Of a DNA stretch of 30,203 bases, positions 1 through 12,548 are shown one piece after another (position 1 is the first letter of the stretch; each line of letters opens with the position of its first letter). Source of the stretch: Octopus sinensis (Eukaryota); NCBI RefSeq assembly GCF_006345805.1, contig NW_021832654.1:1-30203 (forward strand), in the 5' to 3' direction. The position numbers were made by a program, and so were the translations under genes. The notes beneath the pieces are model-generated. The model was not told the origin of the DNA. It was given only the letters and a program-made list of their open reading frames with translations, and did no database searches.

Positions 1-7
1 TTCGCTT

Positions 8-568
8 CATACATACATACATACATACATACATACATACATACATACATACATACATACATGCATGCATGCATACGTAAATACGTATATACATGCATAC
101 ATACATACGTATATACATACATACATAAATACATGCATACGTGCATACATACATATATACGTACATGCATAAATACATACATACATACGTGCATGCATAC
201 ATGCATACATACATACGTATATACATACATACATATACATACATACGTGCATACATATATACGTACATGTATAAATACATAATACATACATACATACATA
301 CATACATACATACATACGTATATACATACATAAGTACATGCATACGTGCATAGATGCATACGTGCATAGATGCATACATATATACGTACATGTATAAATA
401 CATACATACGTGCATGCATACATACATACGTATACATGCATACATACATAGATATATACGTACATGTATAAATACATACATACATAGTGCATACATACAT
501 ACATACACACATACATACATACATACATACATACATACATACATACATACATACATACATACATACAT
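8..568. repeat. Degenerate (CATA)n tetranucleotide array
   Basis: Direct reading; the MYVC/HTYI ORFs here are its translations. Confidence 0.97.
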
Positions 569-734
569 AAAATCACTGCGGACAGAAATTGGTAGACGGA
601 GGAAGTATACTCTAAACGTATATTTCCTGGTCATATAAATTTAGTGACCAAACACATTGTACACCCAGACAAATACTTTTTCATTCATACATAAACACAC
701 AAATACGTTTATAGGCATCGGAGATAGGTAAAGA

Positions 735-929
735 CATATGTATGCATGTATGCATGTATGTATGTATGCATGTATGTATGTATGTATGTATGCATGCATG
801 TATGTATGTATGCATGCATGTATGTATGTATGTATGTATGTATGTATGTATGTATGTCTGTATGCATGTATGTATGTATGTATGTATGTATGTATGTACG
901 TACGTATGTATGTATGTATATATAGATAA

Positions 930-995
<66 letters not shown>

Positions 996-1148
996 GCTTA
1001 CATACATAATAAATACACACATATATATAAACATATATGCATACATACATGCACATATATGTGTATGTGTCTGCATTTGTGTGTCTGTATCTGTGCCTTT
1101 ATGTGTATAAGATACACATGTAGCAGGATTGTACACAGGCGCGCGCTC

Positions 1149-1191
<43 letters not shown>

Positions 1192-1250
1192 GACATACAC
1201 ACACACACACACACACACACATACATACGCACGCATGCACACAGTGTGTG
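735..1250. repeat. Compound microsatellite: (TATG)n, (GATA)n, (CA)n
   Basis: (TATG)n about 735-915, (GATA)n about 920-995, (CA)n about 1152-1225. Confidence 0.95.
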
Positions 1251-1308
1251 TGACATGGGCAGCGTGATACATGAAAGAAAAGAATAGCGCACCTAAATAT
1301 GTGATGTG

Positions 1309-1444
1309 ACTGGTACTTTATCTTATCGATTCTGGAAGAATGAATTGGAAATTTGATCTTGGCGGATTTGAACTCAGAACAGCTGGAACAAATACTACAA
1401 GGCATTTTGTCCGACGCTCTAACGATTTCGCCATTACACCGCCT
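1309..1444 (-). mobile_element. Degraded copy of tRNA-headed SINE family A/B
   Basis: CTGGTACTT...TTATCGA...GGCGGATTTGAACTCAGAAC...GCCT matches the well-preserved copies at 2099-2331 and 21265-21495. Confidence 0.7.
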
Positions 1445-1929
1445 AAATCTATCATTTTATCGACTGCCACCTCTTCAGAAAAATAAAGTGAAAATGTCCA
1501 GGGTAGCATTTGAACTTAAAACGTAAATAACTAGAACACATTCCGTCAAGTATTATTATGTCCGATGCGCTCACGGTTCCGCTAACCCAGTACTGTATTT
1601 TAATGACCCCGAAAGATGGAAATGCAAAGTTAACTATGAAGGGAACTGAACTCAGAACATTAAAAGCCGCCCAAATTCCACCCCCTACCTTGGCTGATGT
1701 TGTCATGATTCCGCTAATTCGAGAAAAAAAATTGGCAAATATTTGAATTATAATTGATTAATAATTGTATTCGTGTCAGCGGGAGAGGGTTATAATTAAA
1801 TAATGATTATAGTAATTATAATTAAATAACGATAATTATGTGTGTGTTTGAGCCAGTGTAAGGGGTCGCAGAACGTGAAAGCAATAGCGACCAAATTTCC
1901 CTCCAAAACACGAATAGATTTCACTGGAT

Positions 1930-2331
1930 ATTATTTTCTACTCTAGGCACAAGGTCCGAAATTTTTGTAGAGCAGGGCCAATCGATTAAGCCGACCTCAG
2001 TACGCAACTGGTACTTAATTTATTGACCCCGAAAGGATGAAAAGCAAAGTCGACCTCGGCGGAATTTGAACTTAGAACAAAAATACAGACGAAATACCTA
2101 TTTCATTATTACCCACAAGGGGCTAAACACAGAGGGGACAAACAAGGACAGACATAGGTATTAAGTCGATTACATCGACCCCAGTGCGTAACTGGTACTT
2201 AATTTATCGACCCCGAAAGGATGAAAGGCAAAGTCGACCTCGGCGGAATTTGAACTCACAACGTAACGGCAGACGAAATACCGCTAAGCATTTCGCCCGG
2301 CGTGCTAACGTTTCTGCCAGCTCGCCGCCTT
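1930..2331 (-). mobile_element. Dimeric SINE: full tail-A monomer (2099-2331) plus 5'-truncated tail-B monomer (1930-2098)
   Basis: Minus strand head AAGGCGGCGAGCTGGCAGAAACGTTAGC (A-box-like) and GAGTTCAAATTCC (B-box-like); body GCCTTTCATCCTTTCGGGGTCGATAAATTAAGTACCAG; junction GAAATA|GGTATTTCGTCTG. Confidence 0.9.
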
Positions 2332-2970
2332 GAAATAGTTTTATATATTATTTTTCTTATTCTTTCCCTATCTACTTTGACAAAATAGGACCTATACGAA
2401 ACGTTTTTTCTTCGTATCATAATACATTGACTTTGTACTATTGTTTTATTCTCTTTGGTTTTGGGGGTATGTTTTTGCTCAAAGAAATTATCTCTGGATT
2501 TGCTTATATGCTTACGCAACTCGATTGATGCCGGATTATACTAGTACCGAATTTCTTCTATTTTAATCAGTTCACGTTTCTCTTGTTTTTAGAGATTTTT
2601 CTCTCTGTTATTAAAGCAGTAAAACATGAGGCAAAATGCTTCTACAGTACTTCTCGACATTTTGCATTCAAATCCTGTGAAAGTCGACTTTGCTAATTAT
2701 CTTTCAAATCTGTAAACATAACACAAGTGGATAAACAACGGGCGATGCTTGACTCTGTTCCTCCCGTAAACTGTGTAGCCTTGTGCATATATTAAAAATG
2801 ACTGTTTCCCTTTATCAGTTGAGTGTTGTAGCAGAAACGGTCAAATACCGACCTGAATGCATCACAGTGATTCGTTGTTTCTCTTTCCGATGTGAGTCTA
2901 ACCGAGGTCAACATTATTTTCACATTCTTCGTGAATGAATGAAATCTATACCAAGGTGTCGGTGAATCTA

Positions 2971-3499
2971 CCGTAAATCCTCGAGTATAGTCCGCCCTTG
3001 AGTATAATACGCAGGGGATTTTTAGGGGCTGTACTTCTGAAAAACCTAAACCTTGTGTATAATATGCACCCCTTCTCTAACTTGAGTCGTGCGTAATTAA
3101 GCCAGCAGCACCTAGTTGAACAAACACTTCCGCGCATGCATAATACAATAATGGTGATGTTCTCAACTGTTATATGGGAATGTAAATATGTTTGCAAATT
3201 GTTTTTTTTTTTTGTTACATGTTATTTTGTGTTCTGAATACTTTTATTTTAATGAATGCTGCTTACTGCAAGTTATGGATGATTCTTTTGTGACTTCATT
3301 GCTTTCAGGCTTAGCTTAAAGTATTTTCGCGCCCGACATCACAAAATGCGTCTGAATAAACATTGCCGGACAGCAAATAGAGACTCGGAAATTGCTTAGA
3401 AAATATTTTTCATTTTTAACCTCGTATATAGTACGCACTAGGCATTTTTACCTTTAAATTTTGGCAAAAAAAGTGCGGATTATACTCGAGGATTTACGG
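2971..3499. mobile_element. MITE of Tc1/mariner (pogo/Tigger-like) type, 529 bp
   Basis: 25-bp TIRs CCGTAAATCCTCGAGTATA(G/A)TCCGC with one mismatch; TA on both sides (2969-2970, 3500-3501); no coding capacity. Confidence 0.9.
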
Positions 3500-4854
3500 T
3501 ATTCAATATACTATATTCTCCCGTCTAAATTTATTATAGCCTTGTCTTTCATAAGCCTAAATATTTTAGCTGCTGGACATAAGGTTGGATAGTTGTCATG
3601 CTGGTGGCCGTTGTTGAACCAGAAACACATCTCCACGACTGTCCTCTTATCTCCAGCAATAGGCCTATCTTTTTCCTTAACGGCATGTCAACTCCGGAGA
3701 AAATTTGAATCTTGAGATTATCTCCCCTTCTCAAGTGGAGCTGGTCTCAATTGCCATTTGGTAATTTCGATATATTCTCTAAAGGCGGAGATAATTTTAA
3801 TAAATATAGAATTTATGTCTTATAGTACTTGGAATATCTGTATTTTGTCTATGTTGTTCAAATACATGTAACTAAACTCTTTCAGTTATTTCTCTCAGCT
3901 CATTTTTGGTCAAATTATTTTTTTTAAATAATTGCCGTCTTTCTTTTTATTCCTTTATCTTTTTATTTTTTTCATTTCTTCCAGCTTAATCGCATTCGTC
4001 CCCAGAGCCATGGAAAGGCGTTAACTCAAGAAGATTGCAAAAGAACAGTATTTGGATTTTATTACAAACCAACACCAAACTACAATACTGAACATAAACA
4101 TCTCAGATGTCAATAATTAGGTGAAGCACATTTCATCGGAAAAAAAAAAGTGTATATATTAAAAATAAATATATAACAAAAAAGGTAAATTGAAAAGAGC
4201 ATTGAAGAAGGCCAAATTCTGTATAATCGAGAAAACGGTAAAAGGAACATTGGAATATTGGGAAATTTAGTCTTTTGACTGTGTTTGGTCTTCTGTATTG
4301 TTTGTGTATCTCGAATATAACAGACCCCGCTCTGACTTGTCATTCTACGGATTTAATCTCTGCAGTGATCGATCAAGCGATCAGATTAAGATAAGATAGC
4401 CGATTGTATTAAATCTATGATGAACAGTCAGAAATTTAAGATGAACTGGTGAAGTATTTACATCTCAAAAATTGCATCGACAACGACAATAACAGCAATA
4501 TCAACAACAACAACATTAATCATAACAAGATCATCAGTAATAGTAGAGATACGAAGATAACAAGAACCACGAAAAGCAAAAGTGGAAGGCAAAAAAAAAG
4601 GACATCTATTAAAACACAAGAATAACACCTTCGATTTCATCACCATCAGCAGCAGCAACAACAGTAGTATTTTCCATCATCAGCAACAGCAACAACATAA
4701 TTTGATTGCTATCGATTATAACGACGAACAAGAAAAAATATTACAAGAAAAATAACGAACAATTATAAGAACAAAAACAACTACTGGACTGCTTCTTTTC
4801 TCCTACATAATAAGAAGGGGAGAAAAAGAAAAACGATATTGGACGCGAGGGTGT

Positions 4855-4884
4855 ATGAAAGGAGTGATACAACACAAAAATTAG
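4855..4884 (+). promoter_or_regulatory. Candidate upstream ORF (MKGVIQHKN*), in frame with the NHLH CDS
   Basis: ATG at 4855, TAG at 4882-4884, main ATG at 4891 in the same frame. Presence in the mRNA is not shown. Confidence 0.35.
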
Positions 4885-4890
4885 TTAAAT

Positions 4891-5364
4891 ATGCACAGCG
4901 TGTCACTTGCAATCATGGCTAAGCTTCCTTTCCCGTCTATTGAGAAGAGTAACAGCTACGACGGGAGGAGACAACACCAACACTACCACCATCCACACAG
5001 TATCACTGTAGACGACAAACAAGACATGATGGGTCTGCAACAGATCCACGAGAACTGCGATTCGTTCATGAAAACGACGGTGCCAAGCAAAGCACCAAGC
5101 CGCGCTAGCAACCGCAATGCAAACCAAGAAAATATGATCTTGTCGAGAGAAGAACGCCGCCGCAAGAGACGGGCAACACAAAAATACCGTACGGCTCATG
5201 CTACCCGGGAACGGATACGAGTGGAAGCTTTCAATGTGGCTTTTGCCGAGCTCCGCAAGTTGCTACCCACACTGCCACCGGATAAAAAACTTTCCAAAAT
5301 TGAAATACTCCGGTTAGCTATTTGTTATATATCGTATTTGAATCACGTCTTAGAACTGAGTTGA
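4891..5364 (+). CDS. NHLH1/2: Neural bHLH transcription factor, NHLH1/NHLH2 (HEN/NSCL, HLH4C) orthologue, 157 aa, intronless CDS
   Basis: C-terminal [73 protein letters not shown] is nearly identical to the NHLH-family basic-HLH domain. An in-frame stop at 4882 supports the start codon. Confidence 0.96.
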   Translation: MHSVSLAIMAKLPFPSIEKSNSYDGRRQHQHYHHPHSITVDDKQDMMGLQQIHENCDSFMKTTVPSKAPSRASNRNANQENMILSREERRRKRRATQKYRTAHATRERIRVEAFNVAFAELRKLLPTLPPDKKLSKIEILRLAICYISYLNHVLELS

Positions 5365-5472
5365 AGAATACGGGTTCAATGCAACAATTTGGTCGTTGTA
5401 AAAGGTTCGTGGTTGTGGTACCACTGAATTCTGACAGAACCTGACGGAATACTTTTCCCTTCTAAAACCAAA

Positions 5473-5478
5473 AATAAA
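5473..5478 (+). terminator. Candidate polyadenylation signal (AATAAA) for NHLH
   Basis: First AATAAA about 110 nt after the stop; another at 6251. Motif only, in AT-rich DNA. Confidence 0.25.
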
Positions 5479-6594
5479 CAGGAATGTTTTTTAAACAACC
5501 TGGATGCAACATCGCAAAGGTTTCTTTCCAGATGCTCTCTGTCACTCATGTTTTTATGGAACAAAAATTAGCAAAAGATTTTTTTTATGTTATCAATTTT
5601 AAACACATTTTTTTAAAAGTTATTATTCTCGCCATTTTGTATAGGAAACCGAAATTACTGATTTGTTCCGTCTTAATTGCCAATCACAGTATTAACAACC
5701 AAAGCCGGTGTGGTCGATACTGAAGTCACTTTGATCCATTGATCGATAACATTATCTATCTATGATATTATTCAGTACTTTACACTCTTGGACATTCATG
5801 ATGCGACTGGATGATTAAAAAAAAAGTCATTACTTTCTGCACGGCTCTAAAACAGAGACGGCATAAACTTTACAAAATATTACTGCAACTAATGAATACA
5901 TACAGACTCACCCACAGTATTACATTAAACAGGGTGAACTTCTTCACTTTTGCAAGTGCTATCCGTCAACGACTGATAGGCCCCACTGATTTCAAGTTGT
6001 ATAAAGTTGACATGGAAGGAGAGTAAATGAACTAGTTACTACTGCAAACTGAACAAGAGCTACATTTCCCAAAACCGTGGCGCTCATTACTGCATATTCA
6101 AATATATAAGTAAGTCGCTCTCTCCATCACACATGCAAAAGTAAGAGAAATAAAGAAACTTGTGGGATATCCACATAGGGTAGGGTTAGAACAACTTGGA
6201 AAATTGGCTTGCAGTCAACTCCGCCAAATGGCCACAATCCGCTGCATTTAAATAAAGTGTTGAAATGTAAGGAAGAGGAAGAAATGGTCTGCTCACAGCT
6301 TACTCAATCTCTCTCCCACAACGCAACAACCCTGCTTTTATGCTATGACCAGCCAGTTTAGAAGTCTACTGGACCATTCGTGACAGATGCATCCGTATAT
6401 GGGCTTTTGTGATCGCAAAGTGCGCAGATACTTGAAGCACGGTTTCATCGCCCTTATCTGATTAAAGAAATTTTTCAGTATATGGCATAATTTTTCAACC
6501 CCGGAAGAATAAAAGGCAAAATCGATTTTTACAGGATTTGACATCTCATATAAAGGATGTAACTAAATAATTCAAGCCGGGCACTCCATGATTC

Positions 6595-6654
<60 letters not shown>

Positions 6655-7009
6655 CTTTTCTTCTCTAAGCGCAAGGGGAGGGGATCGCTCAATTAGATCG
6701 AACCCAGTAGCAACTGGTACTTAATTTATCGACCCCGAAAGGATGAAAGGCAAAGTTGACCTCGGAATGTAAAGACAGACGAAATATCTATTTCTTTACT
6801 ACCCACAAGGGGCTAAACACAGAGAGGAAAAACAAGGACAGACAAACGGATTAAATCGATTATATCGACCCCAGTGCGTAACTGGTACTTATTTAATCGA
6901 CCCCAAAGAATGAAAGGCAAAGTCGACCTCGGCGGAATTTGAACTCAGAACGTAGCGGCAGACGAAATACTCCTAAGTATTGCTAACGTTTCTGCCAGCT
7001 CGCCGCCTT
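6655..7009 (-). mobile_element. Dimeric SINE: tail-A monomer (6789-7009) plus truncated tail-B monomer (6655-6788), between (TAA)n arrays
   Basis: Same head, body and GAAATA|G(A/G)TATTTCGTCTG junction as 1930-2331; TAA arrays at about 6596-6654 and 7017-7103. Confidence 0.88.
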
Positions 7010-7027
7010 AAGAAAAATAATAATAAC

Positions 7028-7061
<34 letters not shown>

Positions 7062-7070
7062 TAATAATAA

Positions 7071-7103
<33 letters not shown>

Positions 7104-7105
<2 letters not shown>

Positions 7106-7250
7106 TCATCTTTTCTACTAAAGGCACAAGGCCTGAAATTTTACGGGAGTGGGATAGCCGACTACATCAATCTCAGTGCGGAACTGGTACTTATTCATCG
7201 ACCTCGAAAGGACGAACGGCAAAGTCTACATCGACGGAATTTCAACTCGG
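7104..7250 (-). mobile_element. SINE, tail-B type, ending in (ATT)n
   Basis: Minus strand ...AAATTTCAGGCCTTGTGCCTTTAGTAGAAAAGATGATTGTTATT; a further very degraded copy follows at about 7300-7465. Confidence 0.75.
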
Positions 7251-7483
7251 AAAACCCTAACAAAAAGCAAAAGGACTAAAGGTTTCTAATTAATGCACAA
7301 GGCCAGCTGTTTTAAGGGAAGGGCTTATATTGATTTAAATTGAGCCATATACTTGACTGATAATTATTTTTATCGACCCAAATGGATGGAAGTCACCTTC
7401 GACGTAAAAGGATGAAACAAATATAAAGCATTTCTTCCGACACACGAAACATTCTGTTAATCCACCGTTTCTAACAAATACTC

Positions 7484-7683
7484 ACAATATATATATATAT
7501 ATATTTATATATAATATGTATGTATGTATGTATGTATGTGTAATTATTATATATGTATATATGTATATATGTGTGTGTATATATATATATATATTATATA
7601 TTATATACATATATATATACATATATATATATACATATACATATATATATATGTATATATGTATATATATATATACATGTATG

Positions 7684-7724
<41 letters not shown>

Positions 7725-7874
7725 ATAATGCATATATATATACATATACATATATATGCATGAAAACATATATATATATATATCTATACAAAGATACACG
7801 CACATACAACACACATGCACACACATATACACAACCATGCATGTGTGTGTGTTATATATATATATTATATATAT

Positions 7875-7913
<39 letters not shown>

Positions 7914-7915
7914 TA
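7484..7915. repeat. (TA)n-rich compound microsatellite
   Basis: Direct reading. Confidence 0.95.
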
Positions 7916-8317
7916 CACATGATAGCTAGCCAAATCCTCACTCCAAAACACACAAAAAAAGTGTTTTACGCCGTCAACTATACGCGGATAATCCGATCGT
8001 TACTATTCAGCTTAGGTTTCGATCTGCCACATAGACAAATCTGCTTTCTGTGGCGTATCAATGACATTGAATAAACAATGAGATAAAAGACTGTCGTAAA
8101 TGGAAAATTGAATGACCTCTGTAATGAGAAAGACATTTGTTCCGATTTTTTGATGTTTCTTCATCCTTTTCCGTTGGTTCCAGATCTCGAATTACCAAAA
8201 TCGGTATAAATAACTTAAACCAGTTAGGAATTTGGCAGATCTGTGTCACTGTTATTTTCATATATTTATTTATTTATTTATTTATTTATTATACTGACCA
8301 CTGTGGTTTACACTAGT

Positions 8318-8361
<44 letters not shown>

Positions 8362-8425
8362 CACACACACAAATATATATATATGTGCGTGAGTGTATGT
8401 ATGTGTGTTTAATATATATACGCAT

Positions 8426-8460
<35 letters not shown>

Positions 8461-8469
8461 TACCTTTTG

Positions 8470-8531
8470 TTTGTTTCGGGGACGAAGTGGGGACGTAAAC
8501 ACACAAGCATCGGTTGTCAAGCGATGTTGCG

Positions 8532-8600
<69 letters not shown>

Positions 8601-8602
8601 AC

Positions 8603-8634
<32 letters not shown>

Positions 8635-8811
8635 ATATATATATACGATGGTCTTCTTTCAGTTTCCGTCTACCAAATCCACTCACAAGGCTTTGGTCGG
8701 CTCGAGGCTACAGTAGAAGACACTTGCCCAAGATGCCACGCAGTGGGACTGAACCCGGAACCATGTGGCTGGTAAGCAAGCTACTCACCACACAGCTACT
8801 CCTGCGCCTAT
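8470..8811 (-). mobile_element. tRNA-headed CORE-like SINE with internal (CA)/(TA) expansion
   Basis: Minus strand ATAGGCGCAGGAGTAGCTGTGTGGT...GGTTCCGGGTTCAGTCCCACTGCGTGGCATCTTGGGCAAGTG (B-box then CORE-like TTGGGCAAGT); homologous to 23700-24060. Resembles the octopus OR-type SINEs (from memory). Confidence 0.85.
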
Positions 8812-8914
8812 GTCAGTTTTATTTTAAAATTTTTTGCCGATAGAGAAAGAGCTGACTTCTAACCTAGATCCAAGGCTCCATCATGGGAATTTCAACATCA
8901 ATAACAGGGCACTT

Positions 8915-9270
8915 ATGTATGTATGTATGTATGTATGTATGTATGTATGTATGTATGTATGTATGCATGTATGTATGTATGTGTTTGTGTATACGCGCAG
9001 ACTTGTATTGTTTGTTTTATGCATGTCTTCTCTAGACATGCTCATATATACTCAAATGATAAACTTCAGGAATGTTTCACAGATTTTTACAGTTCCAGTG
9101 ATGGCTTATGTATGTATGTATTTACGTATGTATGTATTTACGTATGTATGTATTTATGTATGTATGTATGTATGTGTGTATGTGTATGTGTATGTATGTA
9201 TGTATGTATGTATGTATGTATGTATGTATGTATGTATGTATGCATGTATGTATGCATGTATGTATGTGTA
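8915..9270. repeat. Two (TATG)n arrays
   Basis: About 8915-8990 and 9105-9270. Confidence 0.93.
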
Positions 9271-9611
9271 GCTTATACAGAGAAGCCTTCTAGATGATCT
9301 GAACGCCGTCACCCGTTTAATGAGAATCGCAGAAATTCTTTTTGACAAGATATACTTCATTTTATGCCAATACGTTTTTTTCTTTTTACTAAAAATAAAA
9401 TAAACCAGGAAGAAACATTACCAACGTATGAATTATTTTGCCGTTATTTTCTTAATTTAAAAGAAAAATTATAAACGGAGTTATGATTTGTTTTCGATGT
9501 GTAATTTCTCTGAAAAATAAAGTTTTTAATTTGCTCTCCAATTTTGTTTCAATAATGGCTGTAACCTAGTCTTTTTGTTTTTATTTATCTTTTACTTTTT
9601 ACTTATTTCTT

Positions 9612-9765
9612 TCATTGGACTGTGGCCAGGTTAGGGCACCACCCTTGAATGCTTTAGTCCATGAAATCAATCCCAATGCTAAGTTTTTTTAAGCCCGGTA
9701 ATTATCGATCTCTTTTGCTGAGGGACGAAGTTACGGAGACGTAAACAAACCAACACCAGTGGTGG
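9612..9765 (-). mobile_element. 3' tail fragment of the CORE-like SINE, degraded
   Basis: TTCATTGGACTGTGGCCA...GATCTCTTTTGCTGA...GGAGACGTAAACAAACCAAC aligns with 23725-23870. Confidence 0.7.
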
Positions 9766-10439
9766 TGGTGATGGTGGTGGTGGTGGTGGTGGTGGTGGTA
9801 GGGAACAAACACGAACACAAACATACAACACACACCTACCCACATATACATAAATGTGCGTACGTGTGCGTACATAGATACATACAGACAGACGTACATA
9901 TATATCATGTATGTGTGTGTGTGAGTATGTAAGTATACACACACACATACGTTGGTATTACTGGGGTTAATAAAGGGAAAACTTCTACAACCACGAACCA
10001 ATACAGGATTTCGTTTTCAGTTCAGTGTGAGCTTATCCTCTCCAGTGTGGCTCTCACTACGGAAATTGCAATTATAAATTATAAACCATTAACAATTCCC
10101 GGTGAGATGTCTAATTAGGAAATTTCTATTGAGATTTACCAGCAATGCAGGATAACAGATCGTCAGAAGTAACAGAAGATGGGGAAAGAAGACAAGGAAT
10201 CCTGGAATCTATGGTTGAAGCGAAGAACGTTAACTTTGTTCAAATTTCTCTGGAAATCTTCCAAATGAAAATGTTTCTGCGGATAATAAATTTTATTGTC
10301 AACTGTAAGACATTCCAGACACGAAATTTTCTTTTAAAATATTAACTTACAATCTGTCATTGTCATTTGATACAAATATAATCCACAATATTATCAGAGA
10401 ACGGTAGCGAGATGCGAAATTCAGTGAAGCTTACAATTA

Positions 10440-10640
10440 ATGTTGTTGTTCAGTCCGAAGACAACCGTTATCGAGTGGATCCATGATCATATACGTTCCA
10501 GTTATGACCATCCAGTCTATTTATATTGTACGTCCTCTTTTTAAGAGAGTATGGTCTGATTTGAGGGTATGTGGGTTACTATTTCTTGCAGAAGTGACTA
10601 CATAGCGATTCCTTCGTCAGTTCGAATCACAGATATGTTT

Positions 10641-10736
<96 letters not shown>

Positions 10737-10920
10737 TATCCCCCAGATCGTCTCTGAACAAGCATGCCTATACCCAAAGGCATTCCAGTCTTGAGCGTTC
10801 CGTCTTCTTTCCTAGATTTCGTTATCCAAGATAACTTTTTTGAAGACGGTAGAGTACGAATTTAAGGAAAATTTGGCTGCTATGTCTAAGACGTTCTGCG
10901 ACCGGATAGAGGTTCGATCC
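10440..10920. repeat. Two degraded tandem copies of an unclassified interspersed repeat, separated by (TAG)n(TTG)n
   Basis: Both follow GTTGTTGTT and share TTCCAGT...CCGTCT and ATTT.AGG...TGG.T.CTAT.TCT; a reverse-complement fragment lies at about 1880-1912. Confidence 0.45.
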
Positions 10921-11734
10921 TTGGCTTGGAAACAATGTCAGTATTTTGTAAAGGTGTGAATCTTCATTTTATGGGATTAGCAAACAATAAGTCGTGACAT
11001 TTATGGTTTCCTAAGAGTATTAATGATTCAGCTAAGGTATATGGATTATGACGGGAATAGACGAAAATTTACGACTGCTGTATGACTCCCACACTCGTAA
11101 AGCTCTTTATTCACAGGGAACAATGGGACGAATGCTTATAGTCAGTACCAGTAAAGTTATGGGGATGAGAAATCAATACATCTTGGACAGGATACTGGTC
11201 CATCGTGGTGAGTTTTTCTTGTAAGATGAAATCAGAACATCAAACCAACCAACGTTAGAGGTAACTGATGCTGCCATCGGTATCCAGCATCCAAGGAAAC
11301 TGGTCTTGGTCTGCATTGGAAATACTTTTTCCGTAACAGAGTTCATAGCGGAGTTTGATATGTTTAGCTGTCGTGAATAACAAAATATATAATTTGGGGT
11401 GCTTGCTCCTCGTCAGCTAGCGAGAAAGAAAGAAAGAAAGAAACAGACAAACAAACAAAGAAAAAGGAAGATAAACAGACAGACAGGAAGCTGTAGTGAC
11501 ATTTTGTGAGACAGCAAAATGGATTTTGCTGGCTTACAACCGTAGTTGATTTCAACGCATGTAAGAAAAATTGTTACAAAGACAAGAAGAAAATATCTCC
11601 GATTAGGGCATAGTGAATTGTTCTAATGGCAACAACTAGACAAATTCTCTGACCATCGATTAATTGATATTAAAATATATTAATTGATATATTAATTGAT
11701 ATTGAGAATCTGGTACTTTTCAGACAGGCACGAA

Positions 11735-11880
11735 TGTATGTATGTATGTATGTATGCACACATATATTTATATATATTTACACACACACAAACACACACA
11801 TACATACATACATACATACATACATACATACATACATACATACATACATACATACATACATACATACATACATACAGACA
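11735..11880. repeat. (TATG)n followed by (CA)/(CATA)n
   Basis: Direct reading. Confidence 0.9.
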
Positions 11881-11944
11881 CATATCATTGAATTTGAAAA
11901 CTATTCGATGATGTGCCACAGCGATGCACACGTGTCTGATTCGA

Positions 11945-12045
11945 ACCGGGCTTCTTTTAGTTTATGTCTACCAAATTCATTCACATGACTTTGGTTTGCT
12001 CGGCGCAATAGTAAAAGACTCTTGACCAAAATGCCACGTACAGAG
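11945..12045 (-). mobile_element. Degraded CORE-like SINE middle fragment
   Basis: GGGCTTCTTTTAGTTTATGTCTACCAAATTCATTCAC...GACCAAAATGCCACG resembles 8648-8740. Confidence 0.65.
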
Positions 12046-12133
12046 CTCTCTGTGTAGTTGTGTGTGTCTTTGCATATGCACGCGCGCTATTGTATATGTG
12101 TACGTGTTTCTGCAACAAGAAGTCAAACTCTTT

Positions 12134-12548
12134 AAGGCGGCGAGCTGGCAGAAACGTTAGCACGCCGGGCGAAGTGCTTAGCGGTATTTCGTCTGCCGTT
12201 ATGTTCTGAGTTCAAATTCCGCCGAGGTCGACTTTGCCTTTCATCCTTTCGGGGTCGATTAAATAAGTACCAGTTACGCACTGGGGTCGATGTAATCGAC
12301 TTATTCCGTTTGTCTGTCCTTGTTTGTCCCTTGTGTTTGGCTCCTTGTGGGTAGTAAAGAAATAGGTATTTCGTCTGCCGTTACGTTCTGAGTTAAAATT
12401 CCGCCGAGGTCGACTTTTTCTTTCATCCTTTCGGGGTCGATAAATAAAGTACCAATTACGCACTGGGGTTGATGTAATCGACTGAATCCCTTTGTCTGAA
12501 CCTTGTTTGTCCCCTCTGTGTTTAGCCCATTGTGGGCAATAAAGAATT
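12134..12548 (+). mobile_element. Dimeric SINE (tail A + truncated tail A) with 17-bp TSD
   Basis: Junction at 12364/12365; flanks AAGAAGTCAAACTCTTT (12117-12133) and AAGAAGTCAAATTTTTT (12549-12565), 15/17 identical. Confidence 0.92.

Noticed and set aside
7-1292. Long MYVC/HTYI/YLSI ORFs (and similar ones at 7482-9360, 11692-11988, 23122-23616, 27585-28875)
   Set aside because: Translations of tetra- and dinucleotide microsatellites.
3549-3734. 61-aa minus-strand ORF ending LKYLGL
   Set aside because: KYLG recalls an RT motif, but no other RT motif is recognisable in any frame.
3961-4024. Strong splice-acceptor-like tract ending CAG at 3984, followed by GCCATGG and a MERR* mini-ORF
   Set aside because: Could belong to an NHLH 5' UTR exon, but such motifs are common in T-rich DNA and nothing here links it to the gene.
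12359-12375. Idea that SINE dimers arise by repeated site-specific insertion into other SINEs
   Set aside because: The TSD around the whole 12134-12548 dimer, the shared internal GGGT variant, and the 21265 monomer in unrelated sequence favour a dimeric master.
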